From an uncultured delta proteobacterium (GTDB lineage: Bacteria > Desulfobacterota > Desulfobacteria > Desulfobacterales > SG8-13): 64,000 nt of DNA. The notes under the pieces are model-generated. The model was given only the letters and a program-made list of their open reading frames with translations, was not told the DNA's origin and did not search any database. The stretch spans positions 744,001 to 808,000 of the forward strand of contig CAWKCK010000003.1 of the NCBI GenBank assembly GCA_963848135.1, in the 5' to 3' direction. Positions 40,258 through 49,255 of the stretch are shown piece by piece (the first letter of the stretch is position 1; every line of letters begins with the position of its first letter). The position numbers and the translations under genes are program-made.

Positions 40258-40443
40258 CAAAATGCGAACCCCCGTGGGCTGGAAGCCCACGGGGGTTCAA
40301 AAAGGGCATTGCGAATCGAAACATGATCAACTCAGCACAGTTTCAGAACAAGGCAGCAAGGTCAGTCTACAGGAACAATCGCTCAAGAAGAGTCTCGCAA
40401 CAACTCTAACGCAATCGGAATGAATGCCCACTATCAAAAATTT
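40258..40443 (-). ncRNA. Candidate small RNA (~185 nt)
   Basis: Minus-strand TTGACA promoter (40479-40474), no credible ORF, a GGGCATT/AATGCCC closing stem, and a perfect 15-bp GC hairpin at the 3' end. Confidence 0.4.
40266..40298. terminator. Strong intrinsic terminator-like hairpin
   Basis: GAACCCCCGTGGGCT-GGA-AGCCCACGGGGGTTC is a perfect 15-bp stem; on the minus strand it is followed by GCATTTTGT. Confidence 0.75.
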
Positions 40444-40449
40444 CCGGGG

Positions 40450-40479
40450 GTTTTAACCCATGGCGTATGGGTCTGTCAA
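40450..40479 (-). promoter_or_regulatory. sigma70-type promoter with a palindrome in the spacer
   Basis: TTGACA-N18-TAAAAC on the minus strand; ACCCAT-N5-ATGGGT at 40456-40472. Confidence 0.5.
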
Positions 40480-40684
40480 CAGAAAAAAATATTTAAACCG
40501 GCGTAAAAGGGGGCTTTGCAGAAGGACCGCTGAATCTGGCGGTCACGGCGTTTGACTCATTGTTGGGTGATGTCATCGCGATAATGCGAAAGCATTCATC
40601 TCTTGGCAGAGATGGAATGGCTGAACCTCTACACCATGGCAAAGCGATTGCATTGAAATGCAAGTTAAAATCCGCGGGGGAGGA

Positions 40685-40930
40685 TCAGCCGATCTTACCC
40701 CTTCTGGAGTCGTAACAGCGCCGTTCGACATAACCGCCCTGCTGATCGTCCCATACGGCTTCGTTTTCGTGAATCGCTTTAGAACCGCCTTCCCAGGCGC
40801 CGCAGGCGACAACGGCGGTTTCCCCCAGAGTGAACTTGTTTCCGCAGGCCGGGCAGCCTTCAGCATTAAGCTCGTTGAGTTTCTGAAGATCGATCATAAA
40901 TTTATGTTTTGAAAATGCGTTGTTTTTCAT
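40685..40930 (-). CDS. Small Cys-containing hypothetical protein
   Basis: 81 aa with CPACG, ACG..W, IHENEA and ERRC; AGAGG RBS. Confidence 0.75.
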   Translation of the reverse strand: MKNNAFSKHKFMIDLQKLNELNAEGCPACGNKFTLGETAVVACGAWEGGSKAIHENEAVWDDQQGGYVERRCYDSRRGKIG

Positions 40931-41210
40931 GAGTGCCTCTTGTTTCTGTAATTAAAAAGTGCCAGTTGGAAAGTGCGGTTCTTTCCCGAATACCCGGATT
41001 TCTGTCAACTACGAGAGAGACTAAGAGCGTTTGACCCGGGTGTCAAGCCGGTGGCATGAGCCGAATTGGCTGTCAGTTTTATTCTTGAACGGATCTGAGG
41101 CCGAGCGGATAACCGCCCCGGAAACCAGATCTTTCGAAGCCTCCCGCAGTGGCAGAATAGGTTCTTCACCACTCTACCGTAAAGGATTTTACGTTTCGGT
41201 CGGTAAAATC

Positions 41211-42746
41211 ATGGACTTAAAAATAAATCCGAAAAACCTTTATCTCCTCATTGTTCTGGTTTTCGTTTTGCTCTTAAGCGGCTGCTCTGGTCGGTATTTC
41301 CGCAAAGCCAGTCAGGCGCCACCGTTGTCTAAACCCAGCCATCTGTTCGAACAACCAGAAATTGAATATTGGAGCCGCATTGTTTTCAACGGCGCCAAAA
41401 TCGGCTTCTCCCATTTCCACCAAACACCATCACCAGCCGGCAAGAACCGGTTTGACATTCATTCAGAGGCGTATTTCCGGTTCCGTTTTTTGCTGATCGA
41501 CAAAAAAGCCAATCTTAAATCTTATGACCTGGTCGCCGCTGACCTTTCACTCATTCGTTTCGATTATACCATCGGTTTGGATGATAGTCAGATGGCAGTA
41601 TCCGGCCAGCTGAGCGGGAATCAGCTGACGATGACCATCCACGGCGGGGGGGAAATGGTCCAACAAAGCATCCTGACAGCATCCCCGGTTTATCCCTCAA
41701 GCGCCATTCTTCTCTATCCGCTACTCCACGGGCTTGAAGTTGGTCGCCAGTACCGGTTTGATGTTTTCGACGGGCAGACACAGAAAATAGAGCCCGTAGA
41801 ACAGGAAATTACCGCTTATGAAGAAAGCGAGCTCTACGCAGGTCCGGCCTTCAAAATACAAACCCGGTTCAGGGGGCAGACGGTGACAACCTGGATGGAC
41901 CATCGGGGACTGCCGCTGCTGGAAATGTCACTGGGCGGAATTGTCATCTCGGCCCTCGAGAGCCAGAAAGAGGCCCTGCGATACCTTACCCAGGCTGCTT
42001 TTAACAAGGAAGAGACATTACGCGACTTCAGCCTGATAAAAAGCGACCCTCTTGACCACGGCCCCGAAGAACTACAATCGATGACCGTGGCTATTTCAGG
42101 TTTGACCAATTCGGTGGATATACCCGATGATGAACGACAGGTTTGTCACCGCGAGGGGAATGCTCTTATCTGTCAAATATCGAAGTTTTCCCTTGGTCCC
42201 GGGGCTGACAAAACACTGCTACCCGGGGGAGAGAGTTCCTATCGGCGTTATCTGCTACCCACGTTTGCTATTTCTTCAGAACACCCCGATGTCCGCCGGA
42301 CTGCCACCGTTATCGCAGCGGGTGTGCCAGATGATCAGCACCGCCTGCGCGCATTAATCGACTGGATGCAGACCCATGTCAAACGTGAGGCGATCGATGT
42401 ATTTACCGCCCTTGACGTTTTGAAAAGCCGACGAGCAGAGTGCCAGGGTCACGCCATGCTCTTTGCGGCTTTTGCGCGGAGCCTGGGTATACCAACCCGA
42501 ATCGTCAACGGGATCGTATATGTTCCCCGTTTAAGAGGATTTCTATACCACAGCTGGAACGAGAGTCTGCTTGACGGCCGTTGGATGGCGGTGGATCCCA
42601 TTTTCAGTCAACTCCCGGCCGATGCGACCCATGTCAAGCTCGTGGAAGGTGATGCGCTTAGCGACCTTCTGCCTTTGGTGAACATGATCGGCAAACTCAG
42701 GGTGAAAATTCTATCAGCCTCCGTGGGGTCCAGCCAAACCTACTGA
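41211..42746 (+). CDS. Transglutaminase-like domain lipoprotein
   Basis: Lipobox LSGC; C-terminal triad region AECQGHA...RSLGIPTRIVNG...YHSWNE...W..VDP. Likely start at ATG 41211. Confidence 0.88.
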   Translation: MDLKINPKNLYLLIVLVFVLLLSGCSGRYFRKASQAPPLSKPSHLFEQPEIEYWSRIVFNGAKIGFSHFHQTPSPAGKNRFDIHSEAYFRFRFLLIDKKANLKSYDLVAADLSLIRFDYTIGLDDSQMAVSGQLSGNQLTMTIHGGGEMVQQSILTASPVYPSSAILLYPLLHGLEVGRQYRFDVFDGQTQKIEPVEQEITAYEESELYAGPAFKIQTRFRGQTVTTWMDHRGLPLLEMSLGGIVISALESQKEALRYLTQAAFNKEETLRDFSLIKSDPLDHGPEELQSMTVAISGLTNSVDIPDDERQVCHREGNALICQISKFSLGPGADKTLLPGGESSYRRYLLPTFAISSEHPDVRRTATVIAAGVPDDQHRLRALIDWMQTHVKREAIDVFTALDVLKSRRAECQGHAMLFAAFARSLGIPTRIVNGIVYVPRLRGFLYHSWNESLLDGRWMAVDPIFSQLPADATHVKLVEGDALSDLLPLVNMIGKLRVKILSASVGSSQTY

Positions 42747-42808
42747 TTTACGATATGATTGACGAAGTTGACGGCAGGCAACCGCCTGATTCATAGGGAG
42801 ATCCGCCG

Positions 42809-43849
42809 ATGCAGAATACAGGATTGACGTTCGAAGCCCAAAGAATTAACGCGCGGTTTGTCGATCCCGCTGGTCGATCGGTGGAGCGGGTGATAGAAAT
42901 CCGAACACATCCCATCACCGGCCGTACCTGCCGAATTGCCTTCAGCCGCGCGAATGAAAAAGATATCGGCAATGAAACCTTACCCGAAGCACCTCCCGAC
43001 CGGAATGACAGGGCTTCCTGTCCATTTTGCCGGCCACAGGCGTTTACAGAAACCCCTCGTCTCGATCCCCAGTTGGGCCCGGAAGGTCGCATGATGCAGG
43101 GTGAATCGATTCTGTTTCCCAACCTATACCCTTACGGTAGATATTCTGCCGTCAGCCTGATTGGCGATAGGCACTTTGTTGAAATCGGCACAGCTTCGCT
43201 ATCAACGTACACTGATAGTTTCATCAACTGTGGCAATTACCTCCGGCGGGTCCGCGAGCATGATTCGTCGGCAATTTATATGGCCATTACCCAGAACCAT
43301 TTACCGTCGGCCGGCGGGTCACTGCTTCACCCTCATCTGCAAATTAATGCCGACGCATCTCCCCCCAACTATCATCGCTTTTTACAAAATCGGGCGGACC
43401 GGTTCTATCGACTGTCCGGTCACCACCTTTTCAGCAGTTATTTGACGCACGAGAAAAAAAACGGCACGCGTTATATCGGTCAGACCGGCAGTTGGGAGTG
43501 GGTCTCAGCGTTTGCACCCGAGGGGTTTTACGAAGTCTGGGGGATTCTGCCCGGGGTGTGTTCTCTTGAAAACCTTCGCCAAAAAGATTGGTTGCACCTT
43601 TCCGAGGGTCTTCTCAGCATCCATCGCTATTACCGTAGCCTCGGTCGCAATGGATACAACCTGGGGATAATGTCGGTGGAGGAACCGGACAGCCGTCTTG
43701 ATCTGCGTACCGTCATCCTGGCTCGCTCGAACCATGCCCGGTGGGTACGTAGCGATCATACCGGTTATGAAGTCATGTTGGGAGACATGACCACTTTTTC
43801 GGCTCCTGAGCAAACAGCCGCTGACGCCCGGGCATTTTTCCGCAATTAA
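42809..43849 (+). CDS. Galactose-1-phosphate uridylyltransferase-like (GalT/HIT superfamily) protein
   Basis: EIRTHPITG, CPFC, FPNLYPY, AGGSLLHPHLQ (HPHxQ nucleophile motif); GGAG RBS. Confidence 0.85.
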   Translation: MQNTGLTFEAQRINARFVDPAGRSVERVIEIRTHPITGRTCRIAFSRANEKDIGNETLPEAPPDRNDRASCPFCRPQAFTETPRLDPQLGPEGRMMQGESILFPNLYPYGRYSAVSLIGDRHFVEIGTASLSTYTDSFINCGNYLRRVREHDSSAIYMAITQNHLPSAGGSLLHPHLQINADASPPNYHRFLQNRADRFYRLSGHHLFSSYLTHEKKNGTRYIGQTGSWEWVSAFAPEGFYEVWGILPGVCSLENLRQKDWLHLSEGLLSIHRYYRSLGRNGYNLGIMSVEEPDSRLDLRTVILARSNHARWVRSDHTGYEVMLGDMTTFSAPEQTAADARAFFRN

Positions 43850-43900
43850 GGAGAAGGCGTTAAATGCGGAGTGCCTGGCGAGCTGTACAGCGGATCGGCG

Positions 43901-44611
43901 TTAGAAATAGCGCCATCTATCGTCGAGGAACTGCTTATAAATTCGGTAGTAGTCGGTGTCTTCGTATTCAACGGAGTGGATTGGCGCATGATCGAAACTT
44001 AGAATCCTGGCGTCCGGGCAGGCCAGCAGAATCGGTGAGTGCGTGGCAATGATAAACTGTGCATTGTCGGAGGCGGCCGTTTTTCTGAGTAGCTTCAAGA
44101 GTTCTATCTGGCTTTTCGGTGATAGTGCGGTCTCCGGTTCGTCCAGGATGTACAATCCTCTAATTATAAAGCGCGAATGGAAAAATGACATGAGAGATTG
44201 ACCGTGTGATTGCTGCATCAGAGACGTGCCACCGAAGTATGCCAGCACATCGGGGTCGCTGGTCGCCCAGTCGTCTAAAATCTGGGCAAAATTCCTGAAG
44301 ACTTGTGAATCAAAGAAGGATCCGCCGACAGGGCCGCCATTCCAATCGAGGTCGATGGCCTGGTACAGGTAATTTTCATAGGGACTGGCGGAATAGCGGA
44401 TGCGTTGTTCTCCCTGCCAGATATTGACACCGCTGCGCTGGGCAACTGCTTTCAGGAGCGTCGATTTGCCGGTACCGTTGTCGCCGCAAAAAAAAGTGAT
44501 CGGCGTCCGAAAGTGAATGGATGCCGTCCGCCTAAGGATCGTCAGATTAAATGGAAAGTGGTTCTCGGTCGGGAACCGGTTGTGGGCGATGATTACTTTT
44601 TGAAGATGCAC
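43901..44611 (-). CDS. ABC-type/AAA ATPase (COG3910-like)
   Basis: GDNGTGKSTLL, QSHGQS, LYILDEPETALSP, QFIIATHSPILL; GGAGGTG RBS. Confidence 0.88.
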   Translation of the reverse strand: MHLQKVIIAHNRFPTENHFPFNLTILRRTASIHFRTPITFFCGDNGTGKSTLLKAVAQRSGVNIWQGEQRIRYSASPYENYLYQAIDLDWNGGPVGGSFFDSQVFRNFAQILDDWATSDPDVLAYFGGTSLMQQSHGQSLMSFFHSRFIIRGLYILDEPETALSPKSQIELLKLLRKTAASDNAQFIIATHSPILLACPDARILSFDHAPIHSVEYEDTDYYRIYKQFLDDRWRYF

Positions 44612-44749
44612 CCGCTCACCTCCAATCCACAGATACGATACTCATCGTTCGTATTTTTCATGAATATTCTTCAGCACAGTCAAGTAAGGCATAAGTTTAG
44701 CACGAATATATTTATTTTGCTGTTTGAAATTAGCGCAATATAATTCTTG

Positions 44750-44777
44750 TTGACAGATATTGCCACAATGTGGGAAT
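44750..44777 (+). promoter_or_regulatory. -35 element overlapped by a candidate operator palindrome
   Basis: TTGACA (44750-44755) then ATTGCCACA-A-TGTGGGAAT (44759-44777, arms match 8/9). Confidence 0.4.
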
Positions 44778-44890
44778 TATTAGTATTTAGGTGGAATTTA
44801 ATACAGGCATTGCCGGTGCATAGAGTGCCCTCACAGTTGTAGCGGTTCTCTGCGGCAGGGCTGGACGGAAACGGATGAAAAGGATCGGTT

Positions 44891-45271
44891 ATGGACAACA
44901 AGGAATTCAAGCGCTACCGCAAGAAACTTGAAAAGACGCAAAAAGAAATGGCCCAATTGCTTGGTGTCTCCATTAAGGCGATTCACAGTTACGAGCAGGG
45001 TTGGCGGACCGTGCCGGCGGCTGTCGAACGGCAGGTATTTTTTCTCATTTCCCGCAAACAGCCAGATGGTCATTCGGCCCAAAATTGCTGGAAGGCGAGA
45101 AACTGCCCCGATGAACGCAGGGCCAATTGTCCGGCTTGGGAATTTCAAACCGGCAAGATGTGCTGGTTCATCAATGGGACGATTTGCAACGGAACCATTC
45201 AGAAATCATGGAAAGAAAAAATGGCTGTTTGCCGATCCTGTAAGATCTTCAAGAATCTGATTGCTGCATAG
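44891..45271 (+). CDS. XRE-family HTH regulator with a Cys-rich 'two-CW'-type C-terminal domain
   Basis: TQKEMAQLLGVSIKAIHSYEQGWR HTH; NCW...C...CPAW...CW...GTIC...CRSC (7 Cys); AAGGA RBS. Confidence 0.85.
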   Translation: MDNKEFKRYRKKLEKTQKEMAQLLGVSIKAIHSYEQGWRTVPAAVERQVFFLISRKQPDGHSAQNCWKARNCPDERRANCPAWEFQTGKMCWFINGTICNGTIQKSWKEKMAVCRSCKIFKNLIAA

Positions 45272-45465
45272 CCCTCCTGACCAATCATCATTTGCCGCCT
45301 GTTGGATAGCATCATCCCATCACCCTAAACATTCTATGGCCGTGGTTGCCAGGGTCCCCCTTCGGTAGACCAGCAACAGTTTACCTGAAAATTTTATGAA
45401 ACTTTTTCAGCTTATGTTGTAATGCGACTATAAGTACTCCGTTTTTTCATGATAATATATTTGCC

Positions 45466-46641
45466 ATGAGTGAATACATCGAACACGATATCCAAGGGCA
45501 GTCGGTGGGAACAGTGGCGAAAAAGACTTTCACTTTTGCCGAGTCTCCCGCTGAGATGGTCCTTGAGAGCGGCACGCATTTGGGGCCCATTTCGATTGCT
45601 TATGAAACATACGGGGCTCTGGCACCTGACCGATCGAATGCCATTCTTTTGCTCCACGCCCTTTCCGGTGACGCCCATGCGGCCGGGTATTACGACCCGG
45701 AGGATCCCAAGCCGGGATGGTGGGACATCATGGTTGGGCCCGGCAAGGGAATCGATACAGATAAATACTTTGTCATCTGTTCCAATATTCTTGGCAGCTG
45801 CATGGGGTCAACAGGCCCGCGCTCAACCGATCCGGCCACCGGGCGACCCTATGGTAAGAATTTCCCCATGGTGACCATCGGTGATATGGTTCGGGCGCAG
45901 AAGGCCTTGATCGATCATCTGGGTCTCGGTCGACTACTGGCGGTGATCGGCGGGTCTATCGGTGGAATGCAAGTCTTGGAATGGACCGTCCGTTATCCGG
46001 AAATGGTTTATGCGGCCATCCCTCTGGCGACGACCACCAGACATTCAGCGTTGGCCATTGCATTTAACGAGGTGGCCCGACAGGCGATTATGGCCGATCC
46101 GGAGTGGAACAACGGAAACTACTATGGTGGCCGGCGGCCGGATACGGGATTGGCTGTTGCGCGGATGATCGGCCACATCACTTACCTTTCCGATGCGGCC
46201 ATGCGTCACAAATTTGGACGCAGGCTCCAAGATAAAAATGACGTTTCTTTCAACTTCGACGCCGACTTTCAGGTTGAGAGTTATTTGCGCTATCAAGGGA
46301 CCAAGTTTGTCGAACGCTTCGATGCCAATAGTTTTCTTTACATTACCAAAGCGGCTGATTACTTCGATCTTGAGCGACAATACGGTGGCGGTTCGCTGGT
46401 AGAAGCCTTTTCCGTCGCCGTCGCCAAGTTTCTCGTAATTTCTTTTACTTCCGACTGGTTGTATCCGACCTACCAATCCCGGTCGATAGTGCAGGCCATG
46501 AAGAAAAACGGGTTGGAAGTCAGTTTTTGCGAAATTGAGGCGGATTGGGGACACGATGCGTTTCTCCTCCCCAATGAACGGCTGACAAATTTGATTAAAG
46601 GGTTTTTAGCACGTGTCCACTCTGAATTTCGACAACAATAG
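45466..46641 (+). CDS. metX: Homoserine O-acyltransferase (MetX family)
   Basis: HALSGDAH, GWWD..GPG, GGSIGGMQ (nucleophile Ser), FDANS, GHDAFL. Confidence 0.96.
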   Translation: MSEYIEHDIQGQSVGTVAKKTFTFAESPAEMVLESGTHLGPISIAYETYGALAPDRSNAILLLHALSGDAHAAGYYDPEDPKPGWWDIMVGPGKGIDTDKYFVICSNILGSCMGSTGPRSTDPATGRPYGKNFPMVTIGDMVRAQKALIDHLGLGRLLAVIGGSIGGMQVLEWTVRYPEMVYAAIPLATTTRHSALAIAFNEVARQAIMADPEWNNGNYYGGRRPDTGLAVARMIGHITYLSDAAMRHKFGRRLQDKNDVSFNFDADFQVESYLRYQGTKFVERFDANSFLYITKAADYFDLERQYGGGSLVEAFSVAVAKFLVISFTSDWLYPTYQSRSIVQAMKKNGLEVSFCEIEADWGHDAFLLPNERLTNLIKGFLARVHSEFRQQ

Positions 46642-47233
46642 GATCCGGTTCGACCTTCAGATTATTGCTTCGTGGATCGAACCGAACGCCCGGGTGCTGG
46701 ATCTTGGATGCGGCGAGGGGGATCTGCTTTTTTATTTGAAGGCGCGCAAAGGCGTTCACGGAACCGGTATCGAACATGATGAGGAGAAGGTTGCGCAATG
46801 TGTTGAAAAAGGCGTGACGGTTCTCCAGGGAGATATCAATGCTGAAGTCCTTGACTATCCTGACGGCGCTTTCGACTATGTCATTTTGAGCCAGACCCTG
46901 CAGCAGGTTTATGAACCGGCCGCTTTGCTTCGTTCAATTTTACGCATAGGGAATAAAGCCGTTGTGAGCTTCCCGAACTTCAGCCATTGGCAGGTGCGAT
47001 TTCAGGTTGTGACAACCGGGTATGCGCCGGTCACGCGACAACTCCCCTACCAGTGGTATGATACACCCAATATACGCGTAATATCACTCAAAGATTTCCG
47101 AAAGTTCGCCCGCACCGTCGGCTTTAAAATCTTTAAGGAAACAGCCATCAGTGTCCACGAACGTAAGGGCAAGACCGTCCAATGGATGCAGAATTTGCGG
47201 GCCACCTACGGTATATTTCTCGTTGGAAAATGA
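46613..47233 (+). CDS. metW: Methionine biosynthesis protein MetW
   Basis: RFDLQII, VLDLGCGEG, FDYVILSQTLQ, VSFPNFSHW, LPYQWYDTPNIR; overlaps the end of metX. Confidence 0.95.
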   Translation: MSTLNFDNNRIRFDLQIIASWIEPNARVLDLGCGEGDLLFYLKARKGVHGTGIEHDEEKVAQCVEKGVTVLQGDINAEVLDYPDGAFDYVILSQTLQQVYEPAALLRSILRIGNKAVVSFPNFSHWQVRFQVVTTGYAPVTRQLPYQWYDTPNIRVISLKDFRKFARTVGFKIFKETAISVHERKGKTVQWMQNLRATYGIFLVGK

Positions 47234-47793
47234 ACGGGGGCCGCAAGGCCGGCAACTCGCTTGCGACCGCTGGGGACGCCACCGCATTTCTCCGACGCGT
47301 TTTCTGTTAATGTGTTTAACCCTTTTTCCCTTTCTAACGATCGAAGAAGATATTTTTCGCGGTTGCCGACAGGGATACCCCCATGATGAAGCCCCCGTCG
47401 CCGATCCTCTATCCCTTGCAACGGCACCGCTGCGGTGCATCGTTCGATTGCCCGATTATCCCTGCCTTTCGGCGTTTCAACTGCTGATGCGTAACGCAAT
47501 GTTCCCTGATAAAATGATTTCGAAAATGTGAGGATTAAGTTATATTTCTGACCCCATATCATTCAAATACACCGTTTCCGAACCAGCGGTCCTGTCGTAG
47601 CGTACTTTCGATGTATTCTGCAACAGGATTCGAGCGCCAATGCTAATGCGAATGATATGGCTTTCGGTGGATGTCCGATCCACGGTCCGAAATCCCTATT
47701 CCTGTGGGGGCGGCGATCGGATCGGTCCGACTTTGTTGACAATTCGCAATTCAGGATTAAGTTCACCCCATTATTTACAGCGATAATCCGCAC

Positions 47794-47852
47794 CTGACAG
47801 TTCCGGTCATTCTGACCGGGCGATACTGTGCTGGTCAGGCGACCACTGTCAG
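47794..47852 (+). promoter_or_regulatory. Three-way-junction RNA structure in a 5' leader
   Basis: CTGACAGT/ACTGTCAG encloses CCGGTCA-TTC-TGACCGG and GGTC-AGGC-GACC; it lies downstream of a TTGACA and just upstream of the GGAGGA RBS. Confidence 0.45.
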
Positions 47853-47879
47853 ATTCGATACGGAAATGGAGGATTTTAC

Positions 47880-48557
47880 ATGGCATTTGAGACCAAGGAG
47901 GAAGTGCTTGAGCGGGTGCTCGCAATGGAGAAGCCCAAGTGCCCCCATTGTAACGAAGAAATGAATTTGTGGGAAGTACCGCCCCTTAATTTCAGCGATG
48001 GTTTGGGTTGGGGAGCGCCGTACCTGTTTCTCTGTTTCAACGATAACTGTTCGCTATACACCCAGGGATGGGATCACCTGAAAGAAAACTATGCCCACAC
48101 GGCCTCGTACAGATGCATGAACTATCCCGGTACGAGCCAGTTCGAGCTGATGCCCGTTTTTAGTCCCATGGGGGCTCAGGGCCAGATTATCGATGAAGCC
48201 GCCATGGTTGCTCAAGAGGCACTTAAGGAATCCATAAAGCGGGGATTTTCAGTCCTTGCAGAGTGTTACGTCACAAAAGATGGCCCGTCGGTATTAAGAA
48301 TACTGCTTGATCCCTCCGAACCGATGCGCGTACGCACCAAGGCAGCGGAGATGCTGGGGGACATCGGGGAGCTCGATGCGATCGAATCGCTACGAAATCT
48401 CAAGGTCGGCAACCAGATTCTCGAGACCAAACTGAAGGAAGCGGTAAAGAAGATTCATGAACGCACTTTCACAAGGGAATGCCCTTTCTGTGCCGAAATA
48501 ATCAAAAACCGCGCCAAGAAATGCAAACACTGCGGAGAGGATGTGGCCGGGCTTTGA
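47880..48557 (+). CDS. Zinc-ribbon / HEAT-like repeat hypothetical protein
   Basis: N-terminal CPHC...CFNDNC, a HEAT-like segment VRTKAAEMLGDIG, C-terminal CPFC...CKHC; GGAGGA RBS. Confidence 0.8.
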   Translation: MAFETKEEVLERVLAMEKPKCPHCNEEMNLWEVPPLNFSDGLGWGAPYLFLCFNDNCSLYTQGWDHLKENYAHTASYRCMNYPGTSQFELMPVFSPMGAQGQIIDEAAMVAQEALKESIKRGFSVLAECYVTKDGPSVLRILLDPSEPMRVRTKAAEMLGDIGELDAIESLRNLKVGNQILETKLKEAVKKIHERTFTRECPFCAEIIKNRAKKCKHCGEDVAGL

Positions 48558-48670
48558 GCCGGTAATAAAGGCCAGGCAGACAGCGTGCGGCTTCGATCCA
48601 CCCCGTGCCCTCAACCCTCGGGAGCGTCCAGAATTTCAAGCTTACTCGGAAAAAAAGCGTTCTGAGGGGG

Positions 48671-49231
48671 TCATTTGCGGGGAGGCAGGTTTTTGGCCAC
48701 GTTTACATATTCACGGTTATACGTACGGAAAATGAGACGCTCCCGTTCGATGCGTCCGGCAGGGCAGGGCCGCAATGAAAAAAAATCCATTATTTTGCGG
48801 GCTGCGGTCTTTTTTGGAATCGCCGCCAAACCGTCGCCGATTTTTTTCCCCGAATTTGTATTGTAGACCACGGCGTTCACACCATCCGACACGACCGCAA
48901 AAGGAATCTGGTAGCGCTGATCCAGCAACCTTGCCGCAGCAATAATTTCCCTCTCGCATGACTCCAATGACCCGGGAACACATTTGAAGACCATGCAGCG
49001 ATTGGCGCCTCCGTCTACGCTGACCACAAGGTCAACCGTAGAGGCGTACCGTTCGCCGGCCACATCGAAATCGATGTCCGTTCCCACCTCGATATCTTCC
49101 CTGGTAAAACCCTTATCTTGTATCAGCATCCGTTCTACGGCCTGGCGGTTTGCTTCTGCGCCGACCTCGGGGATGTCCTCGCCGGTCACGAAATCTTTAA
49201 TCATTCTGTAGGGTTTGAGAATTTCAGTCAT
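48671..49231 (-). CDS. Stand-alone HsdR N-terminal-like (restriction-endonuclease-fold) protein
   Basis: EANRQ...LIQDKGF...DI, VDLVV, FKC, AVVSDG; pattern typical of HSDR_N-like proteins. AAGGAG RBS. Confidence 0.65.
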   Translation of the reverse strand: MTEILKPYRMIKDFVTGEDIPEVGAEANRQAVERMLIQDKGFTREDIEVGTDIDFDVAGERYASTVDLVVSVDGGANRCMVFKCVPGSLESCEREIIAAARLLDQRYQIPFAVVSDGVNAVVYNTNSGKKIGDGLAAIPKKTAARKIMDFFSLRPCPAGRIERERLIFRTYNREYVNVAKNLPPRK

Positions 49232-49255
49232 TGCCGAACTCCTTTATTATACCCA

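Noticed and set aside
45272..45465. SAM riboswitch upstream of metX
   Set aside because: No SAM-I core (ATC.AGAG...GGC.ACC...GGTGC) is present; there is only a weak GTTGC...GCAAC hairpin.
46613..46641. Programmed frameshift producing a MetX-MetW fusion
   Set aside because: metW has an in-frame GTG with AAAGGG upstream, so a simple 29-bp overlap explains the layout.
47234..47730. ORFs of 118-126 aa in the long spacer after metW
   Set aside because: They overlap each other on both strands, have atypical composition and show no motifs; I could not support a gene or RNA here.
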